Source: Octopus sinensis (lineage: Eukaryota). Taken from it: a stretch of 64,000 bases of DNA. The notes beneath the pieces were generated by a model. That model ran no database searches. It saw only the letters and a program-made list of their open reading frames with translations, and had not been told where the DNA came from. The stretch is taken from contig NC_043010.1 of assembly GCF_006345805.1 (NCBI RefSeq), forward strand, positions 992,001 to 1,056,000, written 5' to 3'. The position numbers and the translations under genes are program-made. Below are positions 1-12,344 of the stretch, one piece after another. How positions within the stretch are numbered: position 1 is the first letter of the stretch; each line of letters opens with the position of its first letter.

Positions 1-99
1 TTAAAGAAAAACAGAAGAGGCTTAATTGAATAATCTAGTTTCTTGATATAAGAAGTGAAAGGATGGTTATGGAAAAAAACCCTTTTGGTCAGAGTTGAT

Positions 100-480
100 C
101 TGAGACAAGATAGTTACAAAAGAAATACTACAAGTTCTTCAACAAGGATAATATAAAAGTTAGTCATAACTGTTAGCTGTATGGTTAGTGTAACTCATCA
201 ATTTTGCAGTAATATGTATGATGAATTTGAAGCAAAATAACATAGCAAAAACAAAATAAACTCACAAAAGGTATATACAAAAGCATAATCAGTCAACATA
301 AGTATGTCTTCTGGGAAAGAACTATATGAAGATCTAGATTATTAATCCAACAAATTTAGGTCTTAAAGAGAATATTATTCAGAAAACAATAATAAACTCA
401 TAGAGCAATTTCAATTCCAAACAATAAGTCTAATGAATTGTGCATAGAAGAAGATAATTAGAAAAGCAACAAAATGAAGC
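100..480 (+). pseudogene. Very degraded Penelope-like element fragment (linker region, possibly start of GIY-YIG)
   Basis: tactacaagttcttcaacaaggataatataaaagttagtcataactgt translates YYKFFNKDNIKVSHNC, matching the PLE linker motif (K.FN.NN.KVSYSC) also seen at 20843-21133. GIYKSII and KIIRKA fragments follow downstream. Many stops and frameshifts. Confidence 0.4.
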
Positions 481-559
481 GTTACCTTAGAACAAATAAA
501 TTCATATATACATATAGATACATATAATATATACTATATGTATTTTTTATATATATATC

Positions 560-590
<31 letters not shown>

Positions 591-789
591 ACGTGTGTGT
601 GTGTGCATATATCATCATTATCATCATCATTATAATGTCTACATTTCCATGCTTGCACAGGCCAGACAGGATTGGGAATAGGGGATAATGCTTGCATGCT
701 GGTGAAATTTGTTTACAATCATCAAAGAGACAATAATACACAAATGCACACCCATACACACACATTTATATATATACACACATATATAT

Positions 790-932
790 GACAGTCTTTG
801 TTTCAGTTTTCATCTATCAAATCCACTTATAAGGAATTGGTGGCCTCGGGCTGTACTAAAAGACACTTTGTCCAAGGTGCCCCCAGTGGGACTGAACCTT
901 GGACCATGTGGTCGGAAAGCAAACTTCTTACC
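790..932 (-). mobile_element. tRNA-derived SINE group A, 5' half
   Basis: Reverse complement of the group A head (ggttcagtcccactg B-box, ccttgggcaagtgtc, gatttggtagatggaaactgaa), same as the full copies at 17846 and 55721. Confidence 0.75.
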
Positions 933-1257
933 ATACTTCCATTCTTATGTCTATATATATATGTGTGTGTGTGTAGACATACATACATACATACATATTT
1001 ACATACATATATACATATGTATATATATGTATATATTTCTGTGAGAGTTAGCGGTTAGGAAACCAACCAACTAAGGGATAGTACCTATCCAATATACTGC
1101 TGGTGGTGTACTCAATTATTCATACCCAAGTGCTGGTTATTGTGTGGCAATCTCGCAATTGAGTGTCATATATGGGTTGGGGTAGAAAGTGGTTTACCCT
1201 TAAGTTATACGGCAAATAAGAAAATGTTGTTTTGTATCCTCTCCATTTTCTTATTTG

Positions 1258-1318
<61 letters not shown>

Positions 1319-1857
1319 ATATATATTCACATTTATATGCTTGGTTATGCATGTGTATATATAAAAAGAGAGAAAGAGGAAGCAACAAAAGAGTTACTAT
1401 GGTAACATACATACACATACATATATGTGTGAATAGATCATCTAAATTTTTCTGATGTCCTCTCTATGTGTATATATATAATAGGTGTGTATGTGTGTGT
1501 GTAGTTCTTCAATGTGAGTTTTCATTTTCTACCAGGCATAGGGTAGAAATAGTGAGACAAGCAGACAGAGAGATACCCATCCACAGATACATATATTTAC
1601 ATATACTTATCTTCATACATATTTGCATACATAATTGCATATAGATACATATATGCATTGATAAGTGGACGCATCTACTCACACACATTCATACTGCAAA
1701 TGAATATTTATATTACTTTTTACACACACACACACACACACACATACACACATATATATATATATACATACATATGTAGACACACACATTATACATATAT
1801 AAATGAGTGTATGTACATCTATGTGTGTATGTTTAAGTTTCTCTTAAAAGTCTTTGC

Positions 1858-1907
<50 letters not shown>

Positions 1908-2436
1908 TGAAGTTAATAAAACGTATCTGATATTATTAATAACACATTTTCTGATATCAATTCTAACGATATTAAAATATATTCCACCCGCTATTAAGAT
2001 ATTCTAGAATATATAAAATAAAATAACAAACTAAAAAAAAAAAAATAAATAACAAATTTAAAATATGTAGATATATATATATAAATAAATTAATAAAAAT
2101 TAGAAATAAAAGTAAAAAACTCAAAACAAAAATATGTAAATAAAGAAATTAATAAAAAGAAACAGTGAGATACTGAGGGAAGGAACTGGAAGAATATATA
2201 TTCCAAAAATTTGGAAAAAAAAATTCAAAGAATGAGAAATGAAGATGAAAATTGGAGAATATTCTTGTAAATCAATTAGAAGCTTGAACAGAAAGAGATA
2301 ATAAATTTTTATCGCTTATTTTATTATTATTATTTTTTAACTGTTTGTTGTATTGAAAATGGCGTTTTGTATAATGGTAAAAATTCCTGAAAGTTAGTCT
2401 AACTCAAGAGATGGAGATAGATTAGACCTACATATA

Positions 2437-2469
<33 letters not shown>

Positions 2470-2498
2470 GTATATATAGTTATATATGTATATAATAT

Positions 2499-2567
<69 letters not shown>

Positions 2568-3031
2568 TATGTATATATTAATGGGTATATAATGTGTAAA
2601 TGCAAGTGAGAATACTTGTTTTTATATTTTTTGTTTTTTTTTCTATTGTGTGTGCTAATGCATATATTTCTCATTGAACACACACACACACACACACACA
2701 TTTGTGTATATGTGTATAGGTATATACTTCCATATGTTTCTATAACCATTGTATGGAAAATTATCACTTGCGCAAAGAATACATCGCCATATGCACACAC
2801 GCACACACACATTCTGAGATTGAGAGATAGTTAGCTCAATTGATTAATTGATTAAAGGCTAGATAAAGGCATATATATATATACATACACATTACACAGG
2901 CGTACACAATGACACACAAACACACACACATACGCATACTTATTGCATATAATAGATAAAAATTTTAGATAGATAAATAGAAACATATCCATGCATATAT
3001 ACATAAGTGTTTGTATGTGCCTGTGTATATG

Positions 3032-3067
<36 letters not shown>

Positions 3068-3468
3068 GATAGATACATACATTACCATATTTAACATACA
3101 TATGTGGCAGAATATTTTCTGATAGTCATCTTTAATTTGAGTGTTTCCATTTCTCCATGTTAGTTGAAGAGTTTTATAAGTATGTATGCACACACACACA
3201 TGCACATACATGTGTGTGAATATATATATTATATATATACATATACATGTAAGAATATATAAGCATGTGTTTAAATAGCTATCATTTGTTACATGTGAAA
3301 CTGGAGACATGTGATACATTTCAGTGAGTGTAGATAACACAGAATCGTGTGTTGGATTTGCATTTATATCTTTTGGTGTATAAAGAACAATATACAATAA
3401 GAGAATGATCATGCTACATCTATCCATCTACATATGTATGCATGAATGTACATATGTATGTATGTATG

Positions 3469-3499
<31 letters not shown>

Positions 3500-3663
3500 T
3501 GTCTGTATGTATGTATGTATGTGTGTGTGTATGTATGTATGTGTGTATGTATGTATGTATACATGTATGAATGTATGTATGTATGTATGTATGTATGTAT
3601 GCTTGCATGCATGTATGTATGTATGTATATATTGATGTATGCATGTATCTATCTATCTCCCTC

Positions 3664-3696
<33 letters not shown>

Positions 3697-5876
3697 TAAA
3701 AATTGTAGAGTACATTAAAATACATAGTTACATAGTGCAAACATTATCTAATCAAGAACATATGTTTTATTCTCTCAAAAGTTAGTCTACTCTGAGTTTT
3801 ATCTCATTTTCTTTTATATTTTCATACATGTGTGTATGTGTTTGTGTGTTTGTTTTTGTGTGTGTTTTGTGTGATAATGATGTGTGTACACACACTTCGT
3901 CATCATTGTTTTAACATCTTCTATTCCATGCTAACATAGGTTGGACACAGTTTATTGAGGCATATTTTCTACAGCCAGATGCCCTCCTTGTCATTAACCT
4001 TTACATGATCCCAAGCAAGGTAATGTTACCACAGAACACTTTAAATGAATGTCATTCATTTACATAGTACTCAATGTCAAGACAAGATCACACAAACACA
4101 CACACGACAAGTTTCTTTCAGTTTGCCCTCAACCAAATCTACTCACAGGGTTTTCATTGGCTTTTGATGGCCCAAAATGACATCCAGTGGGACTGAACCT
4201 GAAACCATGTAACAGGGAAGCAGACAATGGAGTCATACCTATATACACAGATGTGTATATATATATATTCATTTTCTCTGTTTATTTTCTCTTATTACTT
4301 TCTGTCGAAGAGCGTATGCTCAAAATGTAAAAGACTTTCTCACTTCCCGAGCATGAAACTAATACACCTGCTTGTTGTTCATACTCCTGTCTTCATCTTT
4401 TGTTTTTCTGTAAATTTCAACTATATATATATATATATTATATATATATATATATATATTATATATATCTGTAAAGGTAATACGTGACAGCTAGTTTGTA
4501 GCCATGATGAAACTCCGAGTTTCGGATGCCGAGGTGGAAATCCACGCCACCATCTCTTTCGTTATCCACCCATCAGAAAAAAAAAAAAATATATATATTT
4601 GTGTGTTTGTGTACATACACATATGGTGGACTGTCCTGTTATAAACAACAATACAATGCGTGCAAGCACACACACATAAATGTATGTATATATTTGGTCT
4701 CTTCCTATCATAATTGCATCTGTGAAGTCCTTAACGCTTCTTTCTTAATTCATGTTTGTTTTCAACATGACTTGCTGGCTCCACATCTCTCCTTCATAAT
4801 TTTCACAATTAGTTGAAAACATGTCTTCATCCAGCAAGTATTGACCATTTGCATTACATATTTGTAAATGCAGAGTCATTTCTTTCACACTAATAAGCAC
4901 ATAACATGCCTAAATATCAGTTTGTATGCATATTTGCAGAGAGGCTTAATAATAATGGATCTCACAATACGTTTGACACTAAATACACAATTTGCCCAGT
5001 CAACTAAAACTGTCTAAATACTAAGGAAACACAGGGTGATACTTAAGTAATAAGGGGCTAGTCTTGTTGAATTACCAATACAATATATTCTCTGGGTTTC
5101 TGTCTAATGCAATTACCCTCCCAAATTACAGGTCAATTAAATGCTACTGTGGAAGATACTTGCCTAAAGTAGCTTAGAATTAGAACAGAACTCTGGACAT
5201 TTTCATTGTGAAATGAATATCATATGAATATCATGATCATTCAACCATCAGTGAAGCTTGTGTGTTGTTCATGTCAATTTTTCCAAATATATATATGTGT
5301 GTGTGCATGTATGTATGTATATGTATGTATGTATATATTATGTATGTATATGTATGTATATGTGTATGTGTATATATTTATATATATGTGTGTATGTGTA
5401 CACACACACACACATATATATAAAATAAAAGAAGGAAAGTGCATACAGTTTACATAGTTTTAATATATTTTTAAATATATTTTATAAGTGAAAGAGTATT
5501 GTGTTTGTCGACTGGTTTTGCTTTCATTAATCACGACATTGAAATTATCGTAACTTCATATCTTTTAAGAAGATTTTGGTCCATGTTGTGTACGGATGTT
5601 TGTGAATGAAATGAATCAACAAGTAGAAAAATTTAAGGGGAGGTAATTGGTGATCGATATTATTCAAGACGGGATGTAATTGCTAATTTTTTTGGAGAGG
5701 AGGTAAATATATATACAAAAACTCTAAAGCTAAAGCAGTGAGATAAAATATTTACAGTGATGTGTATGTGAACATGAATTAAAATATATGAGATCAAAGT
5801 TGGTTATGCATTCATATTAAGGTGTGTTCTGTATTTTTTGATAAATAAATTTTCTTTGTTAAACATTCTTGTACAG

Positions 5877-5981
5877 AAATTGTTTCTTTGTGCTGGAAGA
5901 TGGGGAAAATTGTGAAGTTTGGCTGGACATTACCTGTAGAGCTCTCTATGTGTTCACTCAAAGGAATCTATCTGTACTGCG
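5877..5981 (+). CDS. Candidate internal exon of unidentified gene (phase 2-2: NCFFVLEDGENCEVWLDITCRALYVFTQRNLSVL)
   Basis: Acceptor ttctttgttaaacattcttgtacag|, donor cg|gtaaat, 105 nt, unique non-repetitive sequence. Open in the phase-2 frame and also in the phase-1 frame. Confidence 0.5.
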
Positions 5982-6306
5982 GTAAATGGATCCGTTTACC
6001 ACACTACAGACAGAATTTTAAGTAAAACTTCATACTAAACTCTTTCCTCTCATATCCATTTTTAGTAAAACTTACAATCAATAAATAACTTATAAGTGTT
6101 TTAAAATAGGGAGTTACTTTTCAATCACCCTGTACATATGTGATGGCATATGAGCATTCAGTTTTTGCTGAACTACCTGCAAAAATGAATTTTTATGATA
6201 ATCGAATGCTTGTTCATGCCACCCATCAGCTCATTTTTTCCATCAACTCGGTGTTGTCTGAACAGGTGCACAGTGTATCAAGCATCATGTATTTTATCTT
6301 TTATTT

Positions 6307-6600
6307 TTCGTTTGTTTCAGCCATTAGACTGCAGCCATGCTACGGCACCACCTTGAAGAATCATCCCCAGTACATAGTTTTTTAAAGCTTGGTACTTATT
6401 CTCATGGTTTCCTTTGCTGAACGGCTAAATTAGAGAGATATAAACACTGCGACACTGGTTGTCAGACAGTGGCGAGGGGCACACACATCCCAAAGCTATA
6501 GTAGAAGACACCTGCCTAAGGTGGTGCACCGTGGGACTGAACCTGAAACCATGTGGTTTGGATTTAAGCTTCTTACCACACAACCACACTTGCGCCTATA
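6307..6600 (-). mobile_element. SINE group A, degenerate near-full copy
   Basis: Tail tttgtttcagccattagactgcagccatg through head gtgggactgaacctgaaaccatgtgg. Confidence 0.75.
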
Positions 6601-6736
6601 GCCATACTGGTGCATATGGCCTCACCTGTGCCTGTATATATAATTAATTAAGATTCAGTTAAAAACCTAGTAGAATGCTATGCAGAGTTCATTCCCTGTA
6701 ATTATATCTTGTATGTCACTATAAGTATGATTTTAG

Positions 6737-6781
6737 TTTTGTCTGTGAACTGCAGGGAATGACACATCCAACAGTGAAATG
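6737..6781 (+). CDS. Candidate 45-nt exon (phase 2-2: FVCELQGMTHPTVK)
   Basis: Acceptor tatgattttag|, strong donor aatg|gtgaga, open only in phase 2, which is compatible with the 5877-5981 exon. Confidence 0.45.
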
Positions 6782-6960
6782 GTGAGAGGATCTAACAAAG
6801 AACTTATTTAAACAATCACCTGAGGTGTTGCATTATACACTTTGTCTGTAAAATAATGGTTGCACAACATCTCATCTATGTACAACAATTGTAAAAATGC
6901 ATTGAAACAATTGTAGTGATTTTAATTTTTAAAAATGTCATTAATTCCATTTTCTTTCAT

Positions 6961-6998
<38 letters not shown>

Positions 6999-7617
6999 TT
7001 TATTATAAATATGTAAATAAGTAAATATATGCATATATATGTGTGTGTATGCCTGTCTGTCTGTCTGTATGTCTGTGGTGGTGATGATATGAGGGCATAG
7101 GAGATGAAGTATATATAGTCATATCAAACATTTCTGGTGACCCACACTGCTGCATCCTGTCTGGAAAGCCATGAGGTGGATTGCACTTGTAATTCATTAG
7201 GCATGAATTTATCGCACACTGTGTTACACTGATTCTCCTTAAGAATCACATTAAGTGTATGCATGTCTGTGGAATTCTCAGCCACTTATATACTAACACA
7301 ATGAGTAGATCATTCTACTGACTAAATAATTGGAACACATAACGGTAAAACTAATTTTAATCTGTTTATTGATTGATTTGTATTTCACCCAGAGATTTTT
7401 CTTACAGCTGTTTCCTTTAAAGGAGTAACAACTGAATTTCTATAGTATGTAAATGAGGAAGCATCTCTTACTTACTTAGGCCCTTTGTTCTTGATGGAGC
7501 ATAGGCCATTGACAAGTTTTCACTCTTTTTTTTACATTGGGTTGTTTTGTTTTTCTGCTTCTCTCCAGTTAGAGCCCTGCTTTTTCAGCCCTGTTTCCTG
7601 TCTCAACTTCCTTTCGA

Positions 7618-7822
7618 ATTTGAGTTACGATGTCACTGGTCCCAAGCTGTATTGGTCTTTGCTTTTGACTTGAGCTACATCAGCGACATGGAGAGGAGAA
7701 GCTGGTATGCATGAGTGACTATTGGTCTTCCATAAACAACCTTGCCCAGACTTGTGCCTCATAGGAAAACTCTCTCGGTGCAATCCCATGGTCATTCATG
7801 ATTGAAGGGGGTCTTTACTCTT
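7618..7822 (+). mobile_element. Headless SINE group B copy (tail type shared with 56991-57317)
   Basis: gagttacgatgtcactggtcccaagctgtat...cataaacaaccttgccc...ggtgcaatcccatggtcattcatgattgaagggggtct aligns with 57130-57317. Confidence 0.75.
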
Positions 7823-8307
7823 TTTACAAAAAAAGAACCCATTTTACGTAATGTAATCCTGGATACTATTCGTGAATAAGACAGGTGGTCACAGAAGGAG
7901 TACTTTGATGAGGGCTAACATCTGAATCTATACAGTGGTTATACAATATGAGGTATAGATACACAAACTATATTTGAACCTAGAACCAGCTTTGTAAATG
8001 ATTGCTTCTCTTCAATTTAACACGACTCTTCTGCTGTTTACGAATTATTTCTGTAAAGTTTCCTTTCTACTGCATGCTTTCATCTTTAATGCAGATGAAA
8101 ACGATAATGATGATGATGATGATGATGATGACGATGACAGTGGTAAGGACGATGGTGATGACGGCGATACGCTATTCATCGATGATTACACCTTGATGCA
8201 CAATCTGATTAACTTAAGTGAGTGATATGTGTACAAGCATACACATACAATTCTACATGGCTATTAAGTTATATATATGTAAAGAATAAAAAAAAAAGCC
8301 TGCATAT

Positions 8308-8343
<36 letters not shown>

Positions 8344-9374
8344 ACACACACCACACTCACAGATATGTATGTATATATACATACATGCATATCTATTTTT
8401 ATCACTTTTATATAGCTTAATAGCCATCAAGAATTACATATATGCGTATGTATAGATATATATTTTTATATATATAGATGTGTTTATATATATAGATATA
8501 TACAGATATTTATATATATATAGATGTATATACACACACTCATATATATGTATGTACATATATATATATATATATATATGCATTTATGTAAAGGCATATA
8601 TATATTCTATATCAGATAATGTTTAATCACTGCATAACATACATATATATTAAACACTTTTATATTACTAAATGATATATATATATATATATACATATCT
8701 ATATTATATATATATATATATATATTTGTATATGTAAAAAGAAAATATGGCATAAATGCATGCATGCATCTGTATGTATGTGAATGATTCATAATACATA
8801 CACACATAAACACACACACACACACACACACATACACATGTATATACACACGCATAAAAAACGTAACGGGTAAAAAATGTCAATTGAAAAGATAAAACAA
8901 CACCAGGACAAAACTACAGATAAAAACCAAAGAAGAACTCTGACACAACACTGTCATATCCCATTATATGGAGTCAATATTAATTGATTGATACATTGGA
9001 AGAAAAAATATATATATAAATATATATCACTGAAATATAAAGGATATAAGTTAATATCAAGTAAAAATATCAAAGGCATCTCTCACCACCTCAATTGTCG
9101 TGTGTGTGTGTGTATGCAAATGTGTGTGTGTGTGAGTGTAAATATCTGGAGTTTGTTTCTGTATGTTTAAGAGTTTATCTATGTATAAGTGTGTGTTGGT
9201 GTATGATAGCATATATAATATCACTTAAGAGAAAATATGTAAATGTGTGACTGTGTGTGCATGTGTGTGTCTTTGGAAATATCAATTTGAATGTGGAAGT
9301 ACATTTGTCTATATGAAGCCGTTTCCTATACACACACACAGATATATATACATACATATATATACAGATTTATA

Positions 9375-9430
<56 letters not shown>

Positions 9431-9609
9431 TCTATATATATGTATATATATATATATATATAAATACAGATCTATATATGTGTATATATATATATAAATA
9501 TATATACAGATTTATATATCATAATGATGATGATGATGATGATACATATGTATGTGTGTATGAGACTGTGTTTCTGAAAGTGCATGTTTATGTCACTGCT
9601 TAAATGGAG

Positions 9610-9659
<50 letters not shown>

Positions 9660-10028
9660 GTCCACCCAACCATCCGTACATGTATTGATCTCTCTAGTTA
9701 TTTATCTGTCTATTCATCTTTCTATTTACCAATCAATCCTCTCCCTTTGTCAGTGTGTATATGCATGTTTGAATATGTGTAAGTGTGTATAAATATTTTA
9801 CTAACAGCACATGATTCATTCTCATATCTAACAAAATTTATCTAATATTGAGAAGATGTTGGCAAAATTTCACCATATTCTTACACATTTTGAAGTCTAA
9901 GCACTTAATATTGTCAAGACCAAAAAGCCAGTGTGATTGGAACCCACACACACCACGACAACATTAAAATTATACAACAAACTCTCATGTGTGATCTGCA
10001 ATTATTATATCTTAAATTTTTATTTTAG

Positions 10029-10127
10029 AAATAAGAATTCCTGTTATGTGTGTGTCATCAGCCTTCATCTAACACGTTTCTACCCTTTGTACAAACTGCC
10101 CATTGCTGCTACCAATGGAATGGTCTG
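10029..10127 (+). CDS. Candidate 99-nt exon (phase 2-2: NKNSCYVCVISLHLTRFYPLYKLPIAATNGMV)
   Basis: Acceptor cttaaatttttattttag|, donor ctg|gtgagg, open in phase 2, unique sequence. Confidence 0.4.
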
Positions 10128-10234
10128 GTGAGGTCCTTGGATGTGGCGTTAAGTCCACTTATACATGCTAATGTTTTTTTGTGATGGTCTGGAGAAGATG
10201 ACCAAACCTGATTACTTAGAAGTAGTAAAAGGTA

Positions 10235-10542
10235 CTTTGTTTGTTCCTTCTCGAGCCACGCCTGTCTCATAAGGGCCGGTTTCCCGGTTTCCTTGGCATA
10301 TAGGTTCCCCACCTGGACAGGACGCCAGTCCGTCGCAGGTTAGCTGCAAGATGCAGGAGGAAAGAGTGAGAGAAAGTTGTGGCGAAAGAGTCAGCAGAAG
10401 TTCACCATTACCTTCTGCCTGAGCTGCGTGGAGCTTAGGTGTTTCGCTCAAAACACACACATCACCTGGTCTGAGATTCGAACCCGCTATCCTTCGACTG
10501 CGAGTCCACTGCTCTAACCACTAGGCCATGTGCCACCACACC
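10235..10542 (-). mobile_element. tRNA-derived SINE group B, full copy with 9-bp TSD taaaaggta
   Basis: RC head ggcacatggcctagtggttagagc...gggttcgaatctc (A and B boxes); tail contains cctgcgacggactggcgtcctgtccagg. TSD at 10226-10234 and 10543-10551. Confidence 0.85.
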
Positions 10543-10569
10543 TAAAAGGTATCTACCATATTTTGATAG

Positions 10570-10680
10570 CATTTATGATGCCGTTTTGCAACCAAAGATC
10601 TTTCAAAGAATCACCCATGACTTATATGCAAATTTGGGCCTCCCACAAGCTAATTTTATCCCTGATGCCCACTACTATAG
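10570..10680 (+). CDS. Candidate 111-nt exon (phase 2-2: IYDAVLQPKIFQRITHDLYANLGLPQANFIPDAHYY)
   Basis: Acceptor ccatattttgatag|, donor ag|gttaat, unique sequence wedged between two SINEs. In frame with both upstream candidates that end in TG (TG|C = Cys). Confidence 0.45.
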
Positions 10681-10773
10681 GTTAATTTTAATTTAACCCA
10701 CATGGCCACTTCTACTTAGCCTGGCTTACTTTTTATATAGGAATGTTTTCTGTTTATAGCTAAGGTACTTTTG

Positions 10774-11018
10774 CAGAGGCGCATGGCTTAGTGGTTTGGG
10801 TGCTGGACTCATGATTTTAAGATTGTGGTTTTGATTCCTGGGAGTCTGACTCATCGTATTCTTGAGCAAAACGCTTCACTTTATGGTACCCCACTCAACT
10901 CAGCTGGCAAAAATAAGTAATCTTGTGAGACCAGTATCTCGTCCAGGGATGGTGGAATATTCACACCACGGAAACCAGAAAACCAGCCCTATGACTCTAC
11001 ATTAGTCATGAAGGATCC
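10774..11018 (+). mobile_element. tRNA-derived SINE group B with 12-bp TSD aaggtacttttg
   Basis: Head gaggcgcatggcttagtggtt...gattcc, central cttgagcaaaac...ctcagctggcaaaaa. TSD at 10762-10773 and 11019-11030. Confidence 0.85.
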
Positions 11019-11289
11019 AAGGTACTTTTGTCAAGTTCTTTGTCATGTGCTGCTACATTGCTTTATATATTACATGCTTTAATGCACTAAAAAGTGCTTT
11101 TTCTTGAATGTGTTGCTGAAATTGGGAAGCATCTAATAAGCTTGCATATCTTTTATGCCATCAAGTGCAGCACATCATTATTATATGAAATTAGTTATTG
11201 TTATTACCAATTTAACCTGATGCACTAATTAACTTCTTCAGTAGAACGAACCTGTTTTAATAATTATACTTATGTCAACAAAAGTAGTG

Positions 11290-11492
11290 AGATAGCAGAA
11301 TCATTAAGATGCCAGGCAAAATGCTTAGTGACATTTTGTTTGTCTTTATGTTCTGAGTTCAAATTCCACTGAGGTCGACTTTGTCTTTCATCCTTTCAAG
11401 GTCAATAAAATTAGTACCAGTTGAAAACTGGGGTTGATGTAATCAACTTTCCCCCCTCCTTGAAATTGCTGGCCTTGTGCCAAAATTTGAAA
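11290..11492 (+). mobile_element. tRNA-derived SINE group D
   Basis: gcagaatcattaag...ttctgagttcaaattccactgaggtcgactttgtctttcatccttt...ggccttgtgcc. Confidence 0.8.
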
Positions 11493-11901
11493 TCAATACT
11501 TACTTCAACACTACACCAAAGTTTTCAAAGATATAGTCTGAAGGTATTTAGTGAAACTTATAAGATGTTAAGTAAAGGTGTTCTCATGATTGTAAGACCG
11601 TGGTTCCAATACTAAGACCAGATGGTGTGTTGTGATTTTGAGCAAGACGCTTAATTTCATGCTGCTCCAATCCTCTCAGCTGTAAATATGAGTTTGAGTA
11701 ATACTTGGGTAGCTAACCCAGAAATAGGCACATAACCCATTGTAATCTTAGTCAATTGTAGGCCATGGAAACTGGATTAAGGTCTGGCGTTACGAGACCT
11801 AGGGCTCATGACAGACCTAAGTAAGTCCATTAGACATTAAGTGGTGCAAAAATAGATATTAGCAACAGAGACAGTATTAATACTGGGAGGTGATATTTAT
11901 C

Positions 11902-12281
11902 CCCATTTAAATATGGATGTTCTGTTAGAACAGAGTATATTGTGGTAGATACCATGAGAGAAACTCCCATCCTGGTTTTTGGCACAAAATGCACTCTTGT
12001 TTATATCACTAGTGGGGAGATAACTCCCTGACATCTTCAGAGTCAAGACTACCGTTTTACATGATTTTGACTTTCCTTAGTCTCATCAATGATGGACACT
12101 CGACAGCTAGAGACCGCAGTGACTCATCTTCCTGTCAGCAATTCATAGAGAAAAAAAAAGTGTCAGAGCAGGTGCTGGCGTCATGTTTAGCCATTTTGCA
12201 CCAGAAGTCAATAAAAGAGTTTATCTCATGGTATCTACTGCCGTATAGATTCTTCTAACAGAACATCAATGCCTGAATGGG
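11902..12281. mobile_element. MITE-like inverted-repeat element
   Basis: gatgttctgttagaa...gtagataccatgagagaaactc (11916-11967) pairs with gagtttatctcatggtatctac...ttctaacagaacatc (12217-12267). Degenerate pairing extends further in both directions. Confidence 0.6.
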
Positions 12282-12344
12282 AATCGATATTAAGTGGTGA
12301 CTGGCTTCAACCTCTTATAGGGTGATATATAATAATAATGATAA

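Noticed and set aside
5877-5930. VPS16-like motif IVSLCWKMGKIVKFGWT in the phase-1 frame
   Set aside because: It resembles the recalled Vps16 segment SLLWKSG.VV.LGWS, but the following conserved QEDG is absent and the neighbouring exons do not continue Vps16. No gene symbol was assigned.
7400-7425. Hammerhead-like GAAACAGCTGTA words (here on the minus strand, and at 14309-14321)
   Set aside because: No upstream CTGANGA core or stem I; the second lies inside a MITE arm
11762-11826. Exon ending at a strong aa|gtaagt donor
   Set aside because: It lies within the tail of a degenerate SINE B copy starting at about 11590
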